Shown here: positions 31,051 to 42,097 of the stretch, piece after piece
Position numbering within the stretch: the first letter of the stretch is position 1
Layout: each line of letters begins with the position of its first letter
Origin: Candidatus Pelagibacter sp.
GTDB lineage: Bacteria; Pseudomonadota; Alphaproteobacteria; Pelagibacterales; Pelagibacteraceae
DNA length: 54,401 nt
Direction: 5' to 3'
Assembly (NCBI GenBank): GCA_016777595.1
Contig: JADHRE010000001.1
Coordinates: 1 to 54,401 of the forward strand
Position numbers and translations under genes: made by a program
Notes under the pieces: generated by a model
What the model was told of the DNA's origin: nothing
The model's database searches: none
The model's input: the letters and a program-made list of their open reading frames with translations, nothing else

Positions 31051-32831
31051 ATAAATATAGATCTCATAACTGTTCTGAATTAAGTGAAAAAGAAATAAAT
31101 AAATCTGTTCTACTTTCTGGTTGGTTGCATAGAAAAAGAGATCACGGTAATTTATTATTTTTAGATTTAAGAGATCATTTTGGAATGACTCAGTGTGTCA
31201 TTGAAAATAATAATAAGTACTTTCCAGTTTTAGAGAAATCAAAACCAGAAACTGTTTTAAAAATAAGCGGCATAGTAGTCAAAAGAACAAGTGGTACTGA
31301 AAACTTAGATTTAAAAACAGGAAAAATTGAAATTTCAATTAAGTCAGTTGAAATTTTATCTAGCGCAAAAGAATTACCAATGCCAGTTTTTGGCGAACAA
31401 GAGTACCCGGAAGAAATTAGACTTAAATATAGATTTTTAGATTTAAGAAGAGAGGAAATGCATAATAATATTATCTTAAGATCTAAAGTAATTTCTTTTA
31501 TAAGGTCAGAAATGTTAAAATTAGGATTTTTAGAGTATCAAACTCCAATTTTAACCTCTTCAAGCCCTGAGGGAGCTAGAGATTTTTTAGTTCCAAGCAG
31601 ATTAAATCCAGGAAAATTTTACGCGTTACCCCAGGCGCCTCAACAATTCAAACAACTAATTATGATTTCAGGTTTTGATAAATATTTCCAAATTGCTCCA
31701 TGTTTTAGAGATGAGGACGCAAGAGCTGATAGAAGTCCTGGTGAATTTTATCAATTAGATATAGAAATGTCATTTGTTGAACAAAATGATATTTTTGAAG
31801 TTGTAGAGAAGTTGATGGTTAATTTGTTTAATACATTTTCATCAAAAAAAATGCTTAGCGAAAAATTTCCAAAAATTCCGTACGAAGATGCAATGAATAA
31901 ATATGGAACAGATAAGCCTGATTTAAGAAATCCGTTAATCATACAAGATATCACAGAGATATTTAATCGAGACGATGTAAAGTTTGATATATTTAAAAAG
32001 TTAGTCAAATCCGGCTCAATAGTTAGGGCAATAATTACTAAAAATACTAAAGATAAACCAAGAAGTTTTTTTGACAATATTGATAAATGGGCAAAAGAAC
32101 AGGGAGCCTCTGGATTAGCTTATTTTACCATTGAGAAAGACGAAGAAATAAAAGGTAAAGGTCCTGTTGGAAAATTCTTTAGCCAAGAGGCTCTAAAGCA
32201 AATTATGAAAATTTGTAATGCTGAAGTTGGCGATAGTATTTTTTTAGCTTGCGGAAATAAAAAAGAAATTGAAAAAATTCTTTCATTAGCTAGGAATAAA
32301 ATTGCTCAAAGTTTGAATCTTATTGATAAAAATTTATTCGCATTTTGTTGGATAACTGACTATCCTATGTATGAGCTAGATGAAAATTCAAAAAAAATAA
32401 TTTTTAGCCATAATCCCTTTTCAATGCCACAAGGAAAATTGAGTGAATTAAACTTTCAGAAACCACTGGCAATTAAAGCTTATCAATACGATATCGTTTG
32501 TAATGGTATTGAATTATCTTCTGGAGCAATTAGAAATCATTTACCAGATTTAATGTATAAATTATTTGCTGTAGCTGGATACACTAAAAAAGACATCGAT
32601 GATAAATTCAGTGGAATGATTAATGCCTTTAACTATGGAGCTCCACCACATGGAGGCATAGCCCCAGGAATTGATAGAATTGTTATGTTACTTGCTGGTA
32701 AAGAAAACATAAGGGAAGTTACTCTTTTCCCAATGAACCAAAACGCTCAAGATTTAATGATGCAAGCCCCATCAGAAGTAAATGAAAAACAATTAAAAGA
32801 ATTAAGTATAAAAAAAGATATTAAAAATTAA
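31047..32831 (+). CDS. aspS: Aspartate--tRNA ligase
   Basis: [52 protein letters not shown]. Confidence 0.98.
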   Translation: MNKYRSHNCSELSEKEINKSVLLSGWLHRKRDHGNLLFLDLRDHFGMTQCVIENNNKYFPVLEKSKPETVLKISGIVVKRTSGTENLDLKTGKIEISIKSVEILSSAKELPMPVFGEQEYPEEIRLKYRFLDLRREEMHNNIILRSKVISFIRSEMLKLGFLEYQTPILTSSSPEGARDFLVPSRLNPGKFYALPQAPQQFKQLIMISGFDKYFQIAPCFRDEDARADRSPGEFYQLDIEMSFVEQNDIFEVVEKLMVNLFNTFSSKKMLSEKFPKIPYEDAMNKYGTDKPDLRNPLIIQDITEIFNRDDVKFDIFKKLVKSGSIVRAIITKNTKDKPRSFFDNIDKWAKEQGASGLAYFTIEKDEEIKGKGPVGKFFSQEALKQIMKICNAEVGDSIFLACGNKKEIEKILSLARNKIAQSLNLIDKNLFAFCWITDYPMYELDENSKKIIFSHNPFSMPQGKLSELNFQKPLAIKAYQYDIVCNGIELSSGAIRNHLPDLMYKLFAVAGYTKKDIDDKFSGMINAFNYGAPPHGGIAPGIDRIVMLLAGKENIREVTLFPMNQNAQDLMMQAPSEVNEKQLKELSIKKDIKN

Positions 32832-33646
32832 TTTTTTGTTTTCAGGTTAATCCGGACATCTGAAAGGTCTACTAGTTTTTCCTTGTAGTTACTCCTTACA
32901 AAGCCTTTAGAAGTAATATTTTTAACAATTTTTAAAAATTTATCTTCATCATTACCTTCATCTAAATTTTGTGCGCTTACGATAGAGGGAGTGTGAGCAA
33001 GCTCTTCTTTTCCTAAGTAAGAAATCGCAAGTTCTCTAAACACATAATCTAATATCGAGGATGCGCTTAATATTCTATCGTTTCCAATCACTTTGCCAGA
33101 TGGTTCAAATTTAGTGTCTATGAAAGCATCCACATATTCTTCAAGCGGAACTCCATATTGCAATCCCAACGAAATTGCTATAGCGAAATTGTTCATCATT
33201 GCCTTTACAAGCTCGCCTTCTTTGTTAGTGTCTATAAATATCTCTCCGATTTTTCCATCATCATACTCTCCTGTATGCAGGTACACCTTATGATCCCCAA
33301 TCTGAGCTTTTTGAATGTATCCTTTTCTTCTATCCGGCATTTTAAATCTGGCATTATTCTTAACCTTTAAATTAACAGAGTTATCTTTGTAATCGTTTTT
33401 ATGTATTTTTGATTGATCTAAAATATTTGAGCTTAATGTTTTTTCGATTTTTTTATGGGTAGATTTTTCTTCTTTTTTTTCTCCGACTTTTCTTGTTTTT
33501 CTATTGTTAAGTTTTACGTCTATAACCTCAACATCACCATCAGTTCTTTTATCAATTTTTGATAATTCAGTGTCATCTAAATTGTCAAGTTTATGTACTG
33601 TCTTAAAAGTGCAAGTATAGAAAGTTTCTACAATATATTTTTTCAT
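32828..33646 (-). CDS. Stand-alone TSCPD-domain protein (C-terminal domain of class II ribonucleotide reductase NrdJ)
   Basis: [34 protein letters not shown]...[27 protein letters not shown]...FEP.G....[18 protein letters not shown] matches the alphaproteobacterial NrdJ C-terminal domain; no catalytic barrel. Confidence 0.85.
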   Translation of the reverse strand: MKKYIVETFYTCTFKTVHKLDNLDDTELSKIDKRTDGDVEVIDVKLNNRKTRKVGEKKEEKSTHKKIEKTLSSNILDQSKIHKNDYKDNSVNLKVKNNARFKMPDRRKGYIQKAQIGDHKVYLHTGEYDDGKIGEIFIDTNKEGELVKAMMNNFAIAISLGLQYGVPLEEYVDAFIDTKFEPSGKVIGNDRILSASSILDYVFRELAISYLGKEELAHTPSIVSAQNLDEGNDEDKFLKIVKNITSKGFVRSNYKEKLVDLSDVRINLKTKN

Positions 33647-33745
33647 AAAATTTAAGGAATCTCTTTATTTAGGTATATATTAATTATATAACGAGTCTAT
33701 TATTTAATAATACAATTGTTAATTGTGTGGATTTAAATTTTTATT

Positions 33746-34096
33746 ATGAACTTTAAAATAATTTTTACTTGGTGGAACAAACAAACTTTTGGGACTTTTC
33801 TCAAAACAGTATTTTTTGGAAAACATGTAGGCACTGATGAATATGGAAATAAATATTTTATGAGTAAAAAAAATGATCGTTGGGTGGTATATTTTGATAA
33901 TATTGAAGCAACTAAAATTACATCTGATTGGTTTTTATGGATTCATCATACAATTGATAAAATACCAAGTAATGAAGAAGACAAACACTTATGGCAAAAA
34001 AAACATTTAGAAAATCAGACCGGCACCAAGCATAGCTTTAAGCCAGTAAAAATTCGAAAAGATGATATTAAGAAAAAATATGAAACTTGGAAATAA
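33746..34096 (+). CDS. NADH:ubiquinone oxidoreductase NDUFA12 (17.2 kDa) family protein
   Basis: FTWW, VGTDEYGNKY, RWVVY, W..W.HH, WQKKH..N.TG, terminal YETW. Confidence 0.92.
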   Translation: MNFKIIFTWWNKQTFGTFLKTVFFGKHVGTDEYGNKYFMSKKNDRWVVYFDNIEATKITSDWFLWIHHTIDKIPSNEEDKHLWQKKHLENQTGTKHSFKPVKIRKDDIKKKYETWK

Positions 34097-34583
34097 ATTT
34101 AAAATAGTTTTATTTTTTTATTTAATTATATTTAACTCTTCTTATGCAGAGGAAAAAATAACAACTACAAATTTAATTAATATTGAAAAAATACAGCCAA
34201 GCTTTGAAGATTTCAATGAAGAAAATGAAAATGTAACTCCTAATCAAAAATTAAAAGAAAAAAACAATTCTAAAAAATTAAAGATCTCTCAAGCAAAATT
34301 AATCGGCCTTGATAAAATAACCGCTAAAACTTCAGAGCTTATAATTAGTTTGAATGAAAATAAACAGTTTGGACCATTAGAAATCAAAATTTTAAAATGT
34401 GGTAAAGTAAAGGTGAATAACAAAACTGATAGTGTTGCTTATATGCAAGTAAAAGATTTAAGAACAAGTGACAACGAGCAAGTTTTTATTTTTAATGGAT
34501 GGACTTTTGCCTCTAATCCCAGTTTAACGCCATTTGATCATGCAATTTATGATTTGCAATTACTTGATTGTAGCAGTTTCTAA
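34080..34583 (+). CDS. DUF2155 family exported protein
   Basis: GLDKITAKT, FG.L.I...C, AYMQV, IFNGW.FAS.PSL..FDH.IYD....C. Confidence 0.85.
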   Translation: MKLGNKFKIVLFFYLIIFNSSYAEEKITTTNLINIEKIQPSFEDFNEENENVTPNQKLKEKNNSKKLKISQAKLIGLDKITAKTSELIISLNENKQFGPLEIKILKCGKVKVNNKTDSVAYMQVKDLRTSDNEQVFIFNGWTFASNPSLTPFDHAIYDLQLLDCSSF

Positions 34584-35917
34584 TAAAATTTTTCTTTTCC
34601 AAGCCAATTTGTATCGAAATCAGACTCAATAAATTTTTTATGATTTAATATTTTTTTATGTAAATCAATAGTTGTAGAAATGCCCTCTAAAACAAATTCA
34701 TCAAGAGATCTTAATGTTCTTTGAATAGCCTCAGTTCTATTTCTTCCTTTACAAATAACTTTAGCGATTAAGCTGTCGTAATAAGGGGTAATTTTACAAC
34801 CTTGAAATACTGATCCATCAACTCGAGTTCTGAAGCCAGAGGGTTGATGGCATACACTGATCGTTCCTGGGCTTGGTTGAAAATCTAAAGCTGGATTTTC
34901 TGCATTTATTCTGCATTCGATAGTATGACCTCTGGGATTAATATCACTTTGTTTTAAAGCAGTGTCACCCGTAAAAGCTATCCAAAGTTGCTCTTTAACT
35001 ATATCAATACCTGTTTGCACTTCAGTGACAGGATGTTCAACTTGAACTCTAGTATTCATTTCTAAAAAATAAAATTTTCCATTTTCATAAATAAACTCAA
35101 CAGTTCCAGCACCTTCATAATTTATTTGCTCAACCATTTTTACAGTTTTTTCAAAAAGATCTTTTCTAATTTCGTCAGTTAAAACTGGGCTTGGTGTTTC
35201 TTCAATTAATTTTTGATGTCTTCTCTGCACAGAGCAATCTCTTTCAGCCAGATGCACAGTCTTATTTTTACCAGACATAATTTGAACTTCGATATGTCTT
35301 GGATTTTTGAAATATTTCTCTATATATAGCTCGTCATTATTAAAAAACTTTTTTGCTTCTGATTTAGCTGTAAGAAATAAATTTTCTAACTGACTTTCTT
35401 CGTCTACAACTTTCATGCCTTTTCCGCCCCCACCTCCAGCTGCTTTGATTAAAATGGGGTAACCAATATCTTTACAAATAGATTTAGCCTCTGCAAAAGA
35501 CTTTACACCACCTTCAGAACCTTCAATTATAGGTAAACCAAATTTTTTTGCAATTCTTTTTGCCTCAATTTTATCTCCCATCTTTGAAATTATTTCTGCA
35601 CTTGGACCTATAAATTTTATACCATGTTTATTTACAATCTCTGAAAATTTTGCATTTTCAGATAAAAAACCATAGCCAGGATGAATTGCTTCTGCACCAG
35701 TTAAATCTACAGCTGACATTATGGATGAAATGTTCAAATAACTATTTTGGGGCTGATGTGATCCTATACAAACACTTTCGTCAGCCAATCTTACATGCAT
35801 TGACTCGGCGTCAACATCAGAGTGAACAGCAACAGTTTTTATTCCCCATTCTTTGCAAGCTCTGATAACTCTAACAGCTATTTCTCCTCTATTAGCTATT
35901 AAAACTTTTTTGAACAT
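34580..35917 (-). CDS. accC: Acetyl-CoA carboxylase, biotin carboxylase subunit
   Basis: IANRGEIA, HPGYGFLSEN, GGGGKGM, RDCSVQRRHQK, EMNTRVQVEHPVTE. Confidence 0.97.
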   Translation of the reverse strand: MFKKVLIANRGEIAVRVIRACKEWGIKTVAVHSDVDAESMHVRLADESVCIGSHQPQNSYLNISSIMSAVDLTGAEAIHPGYGFLSENAKFSEIVNKHGIKFIGPSAEIISKMGDKIEAKRIAKKFGLPIIEGSEGGVKSFAEAKSICKDIGYPILIKAAGGGGGKGMKVVDEESQLENLFLTAKSEAKKFFNNDELYIEKYFKNPRHIEVQIMSGKNKTVHLAERDCSVQRRHQKLIEETPSPVLTDEIRKDLFEKTVKMVEQINYEGAGTVEFIYENGKFYFLEMNTRVQVEHPVTEVQTGIDIVKEQLWIAFTGDTALKQSDINPRGHTIECRINAENPALDFQPSPGTISVCHQPSGFRTRVDGSVFQGCKITPYYDSLIAKVICKGRNRTEAIQRTLRSLDEFVLEGISTTIDLHKKILNHKKFIESDFDTNWLGKEKFY

Positions 35918-35923
35918 TGTAAT

Positions 35924-36349
35924 TTATTTTAGAATAATTAAAGTTTGTCCAAACTCCACAGGCTGGCCATCTTCTACTAAAATTTTTTGTACCTCACCAT
36001 CAGAAGTTGAAGGAACGTGGTTCATTGTTTTCATAGCCTCTACAATCATAACGGTTTGACCTTTTTTGATTTTATCTCCAACTTCAACAAATTTTTTAGC
36101 CCCGGGTTCTGCAGCTAAATATGCTGTTCCAATAATTGGTGATTTAACCCTTGTTCCATTACTATCTTCAGAAGATTTTAGAACAGCTTTATTTTGGGAA
36201 ACTACAGCGCTTGTTTTTGTCTGTTCAACCCCTTTAGCAGCCTTTGAAACTTTTATTTGTGTTTCACCATCTTTATATTCTAATTCTGTTAGTTCAAATT
36301 CTTTAAGATTATCTACTAATTCTTTTATTAATTTTTTGTCAATTTTCAT
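35924..36349 (-). CDS. accB: Biotin carboxyl carrier protein
   Basis: EAMKTMN biotinylation site, GQPVEFGQ. Confidence 0.97.
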   Translation of the reverse strand: MKIDKKLIKELVDNLKEFELTELEYKDGETQIKVSKAAKGVEQTKTSAVVSQNKAVLKSSEDSNGTRVKSPIIGTAYLAAEPGAKKFVEVGDKIKKGQTVMIVEAMKTMNHVPSTSDGEVQKILVEDGQPVEFGQTLIILK

Positions 36350-36783
36350 TTCTTTAAAATTTTTTTCATAGCATTTAAAGACATTACGTATCCGTTAGCA
36401 CCAAAACCACAAATAATTCCTTTAGCGGCTTTGCTTATAAGAGATTTATGTCTGAATTCTTCTCTATTATAAATATTGCTAATATGCAATTCTATAATTG
36501 GAATTTTTAATATTTTTAAGGCATCGTAAATAGCAACAGAGGTATGAGTGTAACCACCAGCATTTATGATTAAACCATCCTGACTAATTCTAGATGCTTG
36601 AATTTTTTCAACTAGCTCTCCTTCAATATTTGACTGAAACAATGATAAATCTATATCATTTTTTTTTGCATAATCATCACACTTTTCCTCAATATCCTTT
36701 AAAGTAAAATTTCCATATTGACTTTTTTCTCTTTCACCTAAAAGGTTGAGATTTGGACCATTAAGAATTATAATTTTATCCAT
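36346..36783 (-). CDS. aroQ: Type II 3-dehydroquinate dehydratase
   Basis: LNGPNLNLLG.RE, QSN.EG, THTSVA, ELHISNIY.REEFRH. True start is MDKII at 36783. Confidence 0.96.
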   Translation of the reverse strand: MDKIIILNGPNLNLLGEREKSQYGNFTLKDIEEKCDDYAKKNDIDLSLFQSNIEGELVEKIQASRISQDGLIINAGGYTHTSVAIYDALKILKIPIIELHISNIYNREEFRHKSLISKAAKGIICGFGANGYVMSLNAMKKILKK

Positions 36784-36811
36784 AAAATTCTTATTATTGA
36801 ATAACTTAATT

Positions 36812-37015
36812 ATGGCAAAAATACAATTAAATGGGAAAAAAGTAGTAATTAAATCAAAATTTTCATTGTTTGATCTTTTAAAAAAATACAAATTAGCTAA
36901 TAAAAAAGTTGCAATAGAGCATAATGGTAAAATAATTCAAAAAATATATTTCAAAAAAAAATATTTGAAAAATGAAGATAAAGTAGAAATTGTTCACTTT
37001 ATAGGAGGCGGGTAA
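36812..37015 (+). CDS. thiS: Sulfur carrier protein ThiS
   Basis: IQLNG...VAIEHNG...[13 protein letters not shown] with C-terminal diglycine; upstream of thiG. Confidence 0.93.
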   Translation: MAKIQLNGKKVVIKSKFSLFDLLKKYKLANKKVAIEHNGKIIQKIYFKKKYLKNEDKVEIVHFIGGG

Positions 37016-37016
37016 A

Positions 37017-37790
37017 TTGAAAAAAGATCTTTTAAAAGTTGCTGGAAGATATCTTAATTCAAGATTAATTGTGGGAACTGGAAAATACAAAAGCTTTTCT
37101 GAAACAGCGAAAGCTATTAAAGCGTCAGGAGCAGACATGGTGACTGTTGCAGTTAGGCGTGTAAATATTTTAGATAAAAAAAAGCCGATCTTGACCGATT
37201 ATTTAAATCCAAAAAAAATAACTTTTCTACCAAATACAGCAGGCTGTTTTACATCGGATGAAGCTTTAAGAACCTTAAGACTCGCGAGAGAGATGGGTGG
37301 ATGGAAACTAGTTAAACTTGAAGTTTTAGGCGATAAAAAAACTCTTTACCCAAATATGATAGAAACAATTAAGTCTACAAAAACTCTTGCCAAAGAAGGA
37401 TTTAAAGTAATGGTTTATTGTACAGATGATCCTTTGTTGGCAAAAAAATGTGAAGACAACGGTGCATCCGCAATTATGCCACTGGCTTCTCCAATAGGCT
37501 CTGGTTTGGGATTGCAGAATAAAATTAATATTTCATTAATAGTAAAACAATCAAAGGTACCAGTAATAGTTGATGCTGGAATTGGAACGGCATCAGACGC
37601 AACAATAGCGATGGAATTAGGTTGTGACGGTGTTTTAATTAATAGCGCCATTGCGAGTGCAAAAAAACCTATTTTAATGGCAAAGGCATTTAAAGATGCA
37701 GTTATTTCTGGAAGAAATTCTTTTTTGGCTGGAAGAATGAAAAAAAATTATTTAGCAATACCTAGCTCACCGATTAAAGGGTTAATTTAA
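37017..37790 (+). CDS. thiG: Thiazole synthase
   Basis: [41 protein letters not shown]; TTG start. Confidence 0.97.
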   Translation: MKKDLLKVAGRYLNSRLIVGTGKYKSFSETAKAIKASGADMVTVAVRRVNILDKKKPILTDYLNPKKITFLPNTAGCFTSDEALRTLRLAREMGGWKLVKLEVLGDKKTLYPNMIETIKSTKTLAKEGFKVMVYCTDDPLLAKKCEDNGASAIMPLASPIGSGLGLQNKINISLIVKQSKVPVIVDAGIGTASDATIAMELGCDGVLINSAIASAKKPILMAKAFKDAVISGRNSFLAGRMKKNYLAIPSSPIKGLI

Positions 37791-39598
37791 ACTTTCTTTT
37801 TTCTTCGCACCCAAAGTGTTCTAGCTACCTTTTTAGTTTTTGTTTTTTTTACCTTGTCTTTACTTTTTAGAACTTCTTTTTTTTCTTTCTTTTTATCCTG
37901 TGAGTATTTTTTTTTAACTTTTCTTATTTCTACAATTGAATTTATATTTTCGATTGAATTAATAAGTTTTTTTGATTTATTCAACAAATCAATTTTATAT
38001 TCAGGAATTATATATCTTTCATCAGATAATATTTTTATCTCATAGGCATATTTTTTTTGAAAATACTTAAGTTCCTCTAGTAAGTTTTTTTCAATGTATG
38101 CTTTTACTTTTTCAGGAATGTATGCATTTATAATTTTAACTTTGTCTGTAAAAGCTAAATGTTGAATTTTCTTTAAAATTTTTTGTGAAAATGAAGAAAG
38201 AGATAATTGTGTTTCCCATTTTATTGACCCTTCTCGCAATCTTTGCCTGGTCATTTCAAGAAGACCAAAATTACTTATACGACCAATTTGTATTCTAGCT
38301 CTATCTTTTCTAATACTTTCTCTCATTTTTTTTTCAACTAATCTTCGATTATAAAAATTAAGCATGTCGATGAAATCAATAACAATTAATCCTGATAAAT
38401 CTCTTAGTTTTATTTGACGAGCTATTTCTTCAGCAGCTTCTAAATTTGTGTTTAAAGCTGTTTTTTCTATATTAATTTGTTTTGTTGACTGTCCAGAGTT
38501 TATATCAATAGAAACTAGAGCTTCAGTTGGATTAATAACTAAGTAGCCTCCAGATATTAGTTTAACAGTAGGTTCATAAATATTATTCAATTCTTTTTCT
38601 ATATTAGCATCATGAAATAGTGGAATTTTGCCTCTATATTTTTTAATATTTTTAACATTTTTTGGCATCAACTCTTTCATAAATTTTTTTGCTTTCTGGT
38701 AAGCATCATTGCCTTCAACATAAACATTTTTTGTATCATTATCGTAAGTATCTCTAAGAGTTCTTTTAATTATATCTCCTTCTTCGTAAACAAGAGAGGG
38801 TGCGTTAGAGTTAAGTGCATTTTCTTTTATTACATCCCAAGTTTTTAATGTGTTTTTAAAATCTTTTTCAATTTCATTTTTTGTTTTATTAGCACCAGCA
38901 GTTCTAACAATTACACCCATGCTTTTAGGAATTTCTATTTCATTTAGAATATTTCTAATTTTTTGACGGTCTGTAGAATTAAAAATTTTTCTTGAAATCC
39001 CTCCACCTTTTGGAGTGTTTGGCATCAAAACCATATACTTACCAGCAAGAGATATAAACGTAGTAAGAGCGGCACCTTTTTGGCCTCTCTCTTCTTTTAT
39101 AACTTGTATCAAAATTACTTGCCCTGGTTTGATAACTTCTTGAATTTTATATCTCTTAATACCAAAAGAAGACTTGACCTTTTCTCTATACTCTTGTTTG
39201 CTGTTTCCTTTTTCTATTTGTCCATCCACATTGTCTATTTTTTCATTCTTGTTTTCTGATGGATTGTTATCTTGATTAGCTTCAATTATGTCGTCTTTTA
39301 ATTCCTCTCTGATTTTTTCTTCAGCTTCTTTAATTTTTTCTTTATCTTCAGATGGTAATTGATAGTAGTCTGACTGAATATCGTTAAAAGCTAAAAAACC
39401 GTGCCTCTCTCTACCAAAATTAACAAAAGCAGCTTGAAGAGATGGTTCGACTCTACTTATCGTAGCAAGATAAATATTATTTTTAAAGTTTAAATTGTTT
39501 TTATCTTCAAATTCATATTCTTCAATTGAATTATTTGATTTGAGAACAATACGAGTTTCGTTTGGATGTGAGGCGTCAATATATAAATTTTTTTCCAT
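37787..39598 (-). CDS. rne: Ribonuclease E (short form)
   Basis: [20 protein letters not shown]1 insertion, [33 protein letters not shown]. Confidence 0.93.
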   Translation of the reverse strand: MEKNLYIDASHPNETRIVLKSNNSIEEYEFEDKNNLNFKNNIYLATISRVEPSLQAAFVNFGRERHGFLAFNDIQSDYYQLPSEDKEKIKEAEEKIREELKDDIIEANQDNNPSENKNEKIDNVDGQIEKGNSKQEYREKVKSSFGIKRYKIQEVIKPGQVILIQVIKEERGQKGAALTTFISLAGKYMVLMPNTPKGGGISRKIFNSTDRQKIRNILNEIEIPKSMGVIVRTAGANKTKNEIEKDFKNTLKTWDVIKENALNSNAPSLVYEEGDIIKRTLRDTYDNDTKNVYVEGNDAYQKAKKFMKELMPKNVKNIKKYRGKIPLFHDANIEKELNNIYEPTVKLISGGYLVINPTEALVSIDINSGQSTKQINIEKTALNTNLEAAEEIARQIKLRDLSGLIVIDFIDMLNFYNRRLVEKKMRESIRKDRARIQIGRISNFGLLEMTRQRLREGSIKWETQLSLSSFSQKILKKIQHLAFTDKVKIINAYIPEKVKAYIEKNLLEELKYFQKKYAYEIKILSDERYIIPEYKIDLLNKSKKLINSIENINSIVEIRKVKKKYSQDKKKEKKEVLKSKDKVKKTKTKKVARTLWVRRKKKV

Positions 39599-39742
39599 TT
39601 TTTGTGAATTCCTTTTAAAATTTTGAAATTTGATATTTTTACTTCTGTCATATTGTATATTTTATACTTTTTTGTGCATAAATACACGATTTAATTATTG
39701 AATGCCTAAAGATAGTCAGAATTGTCAATATATATAAAGCTT

Positions 39743-42097
39743 ATGTTAAAGTTTCTAAATTTTTCAACTAAATTTATAATTACATTTACAGCTGTAGTAA
39801 TCTTTTTTATTTTCTCTACTTTATGGTATTTTTCAATAGGTTTACCTGATTATAAGAAATTATCCAATTATCAGCCACCAATTTCAAGCAGAGTATACTC
39901 TGAAAACAATAAATTGATTGCTGAGTATGCAGTAGAAAAAAGATTATTTATACCTTTTGATTCAATACCCGATAAAGTTGTTAATTCATTTCTTTCGGCT
40001 GAAGATAAAAACTTTTTCAATCATCCAGGAATAGACGCCAAGGGTATTTTGAGAGCAGTAATTAAAAATATTAAGAATATTTCACAAAATAAAAGACTTG
40101 AAGGAGCATCAACAATTACTCAACAAGTTGCAAAAAACTTTTTGCTAACAAATGAAGTATCAATAAAAAGAAAAATTAAAGAAGCAATATTAGCTTTTCG
40201 AATTGAGAGGGCTTACACTAAAGAAAGAATTTTAGAACTTTATTTAAATCAAATTTATTTAGGTCAAGGAACCTATGGAATAGCTGCAGCGAGTTTAGAG
40301 TATTTTGACAAATCAATAAAAGAATTAAACTATGCAGAAGCCGCTTTACTAGCGGCTTTACCAAAAGCCCCAAGTAAATATAATCCCTATAAATACCCTG
40401 ATGTAGCAAAATTTAGAAGAAATTTGGTTCTTGAAAATTTGAAAGAAAATAATTTTATATCAAAAGAAAAACTTATTGTCTTGAAAGGCTCAAATTTAAA
40501 ACTAAAAAAAAGAAAAATTGAAATAGTTAATGAAGCAAATTCTTACACAGAAGAAGTAAGGCGTACTGTTAAAAATATTTATGGATTTGAAAAACTTTAT
40601 TCTCAAGGTCTTAGTATTAGCACCCCTTTAAAAATTGATTATCAAATTCAAGCTTTAAAGTCTTTAAGAAAAGGTATTGAGAATTATGATCGCAGACAAG
40701 GCTGGAGGGGGCCAATAACCAACAAAATAAAAAAAAAAAATTGGAAGAAAAAAGTAGATCAATATATCCTTGACCCGACTTTAAACTGGCAATTAGTAGA
40801 AATTATATCATCAGATGATAATGAAATAAAATTTAAGGCAATTGATAAAAGTGAGAATAAAGGTGTTTTATTATTTAAAAATTTAAAATGGACTATTCCA
40901 AAAAATAAAACCATTAAAGATATTCATAAAGCTGGAGATATTATATTTGTAAAGAAAGAAAAAGATTTTTGGTCAATTAAACAATATCCAAAAGTTAATG
41001 GAGGAATAGTAATTATTGAACCATACACTGGAGATATTCTTGCTTTAGTTGGAGGTTTCAATTTTAAAAAAAGTGAATTTAATAGAGTCACTCAAGCCAA
41101 ACGACAACCAGGATCTGCATTCAAACCAATTGTTTATGCAGCAGCATTAGAAAAAGGCTTTGCTCCTAATTCAATTATACTTGATGCTCCATTCGTCGAG
41201 AGTCAGGGTGTTGGCTTAAAAAACTGGAAACCAGAAAATTACGGTAAGAAATTTTATGGGCCTTCAACATTTAGAAAAGGCATAGAATATTCTAGAAATT
41301 TGATGACTGTTAGAATTGCAAAAATTTTAGGGTTAAATGAAATATTAAATTTATCAAAAAAACTAAACATTTACCAAGAAATACCAGAGCTATTATCTGT
41401 TTCTTTGGGGGCAGCTGAAACAACTTTACTAAGTTTAACATCTGCTTATGCTCCTTTTGTTAACGGTGGGAAAAAGGTTGAACCAAAACTTATTTCGAGA
41501 ATACAAGACAGAAGAGGAAAAACCATTTTTCAAAATAAGAATATAAAATGTTTAGGTTGTGATAAATTTATAAACAATGAAACTGAATTTCCAAAAATTG
41601 AAAATAAAAACGAAAGAGTTTTAAGTGAAGAAACTGCATATCAAATGACATCAATCTTACAAGGCGCTGTGGAAAGAGGAACAGCAAAAAGACTTAGAAC
41701 TTTAAAAGTTCCATTAGCCGGCAAAACGGGAACGACTAATGATAATTATGACGCTTGGTTTATAGGTTTTTCGTCAAATCTAGTTATTGGAGTTTACATT
41801 GGATACGATAACCCAAAAACTTTGGGAAAATTTGAAACTGGATCTAAAACAGCATTACCTATTTTTAAAGATTTTGTTGAGAACGCCCTTTACAAAGAAG
41901 ATTTTAATGAATTTCAAATACCAGAAAATATTTATTTAACTTCTTTAAACTATGATACTGGGGCTAAGTCTGCAGCTGGAGAAAAAAACTCAATTACGGA
42001 GGCCTTAAAACTGAAAGATATTAACAATCTAGCTAATAATAATTTAATTTCACCTGCTGGCCATGATAAAATAATTAAATTTAGGCAATTTTACTAA
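39743..42097 (+). CDS. mrcA: Penicillin-binding protein 1A
   Basis: AEDKNF..H.G, GASTITQQVAKN, RK.KE, SAFK, SRN, KTG motifs. Confidence 0.95.
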   Translation: MLKFLNFSTKFIITFTAVVIFFIFSTLWYFSIGLPDYKKLSNYQPPISSRVYSENNKLIAEYAVEKRLFIPFDSIPDKVVNSFLSAEDKNFFNHPGIDAKGILRAVIKNIKNISQNKRLEGASTITQQVAKNFLLTNEVSIKRKIKEAILAFRIERAYTKERILELYLNQIYLGQGTYGIAAASLEYFDKSIKELNYAEAALLAALPKAPSKYNPYKYPDVAKFRRNLVLENLKENNFISKEKLIVLKGSNLKLKKRKIEIVNEANSYTEEVRRTVKNIYGFEKLYSQGLSISTPLKIDYQIQALKSLRKGIENYDRRQGWRGPITNKIKKKNWKKKVDQYILDPTLNWQLVEIISSDDNEIKFKAIDKSENKGVLLFKNLKWTIPKNKTIKDIHKAGDIIFVKKEKDFWSIKQYPKVNGGIVIIEPYTGDILALVGGFNFKKSEFNRVTQAKRQPGSAFKPIVYAAALEKGFAPNSIILDAPFVESQGVGLKNWKPENYGKKFYGPSTFRKGIEYSRNLMTVRIAKILGLNEILNLSKKLNIYQEIPELLSVSLGAAETTLLSLTSAYAPFVNGGKKVEPKLISRIQDRRGKTIFQNKNIKCLGCDKFINNETEFPKIENKNERVLSEETAYQMTSILQGAVERGTAKRLRTLKVPLAGKTGTTNDNYDAWFIGFSSNLVIGVYIGYDNPKTLGKFETGSKTALPIFKDFVENALYKEDFNEFQIPENIYLTSLNYDTGAKSAAGEKNSITEALKLKDINNLANNNLISPAGHDKIIKFRQFY

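Noticed and set aside
32828-33646. Calling this gene a functional ribonucleotide reductase
   Set aside because: It has no catalytic barrel, thiyl-radical Cys or B12-binding region.
36746-36891. Apparent head-to-head overlap of aroQ and thiS
   Set aside because: Artefact of longest-ORF start calling. Homology-consistent starts are 36783 and 36812.
39490-39687. 65-aa ORF overlapping the rne start as a possible leader peptide
   Set aside because: No SD or motif and composition typical of a chance ORF. A regulatory rne 5' UTR cannot be excluded, but I see no strong hairpin.
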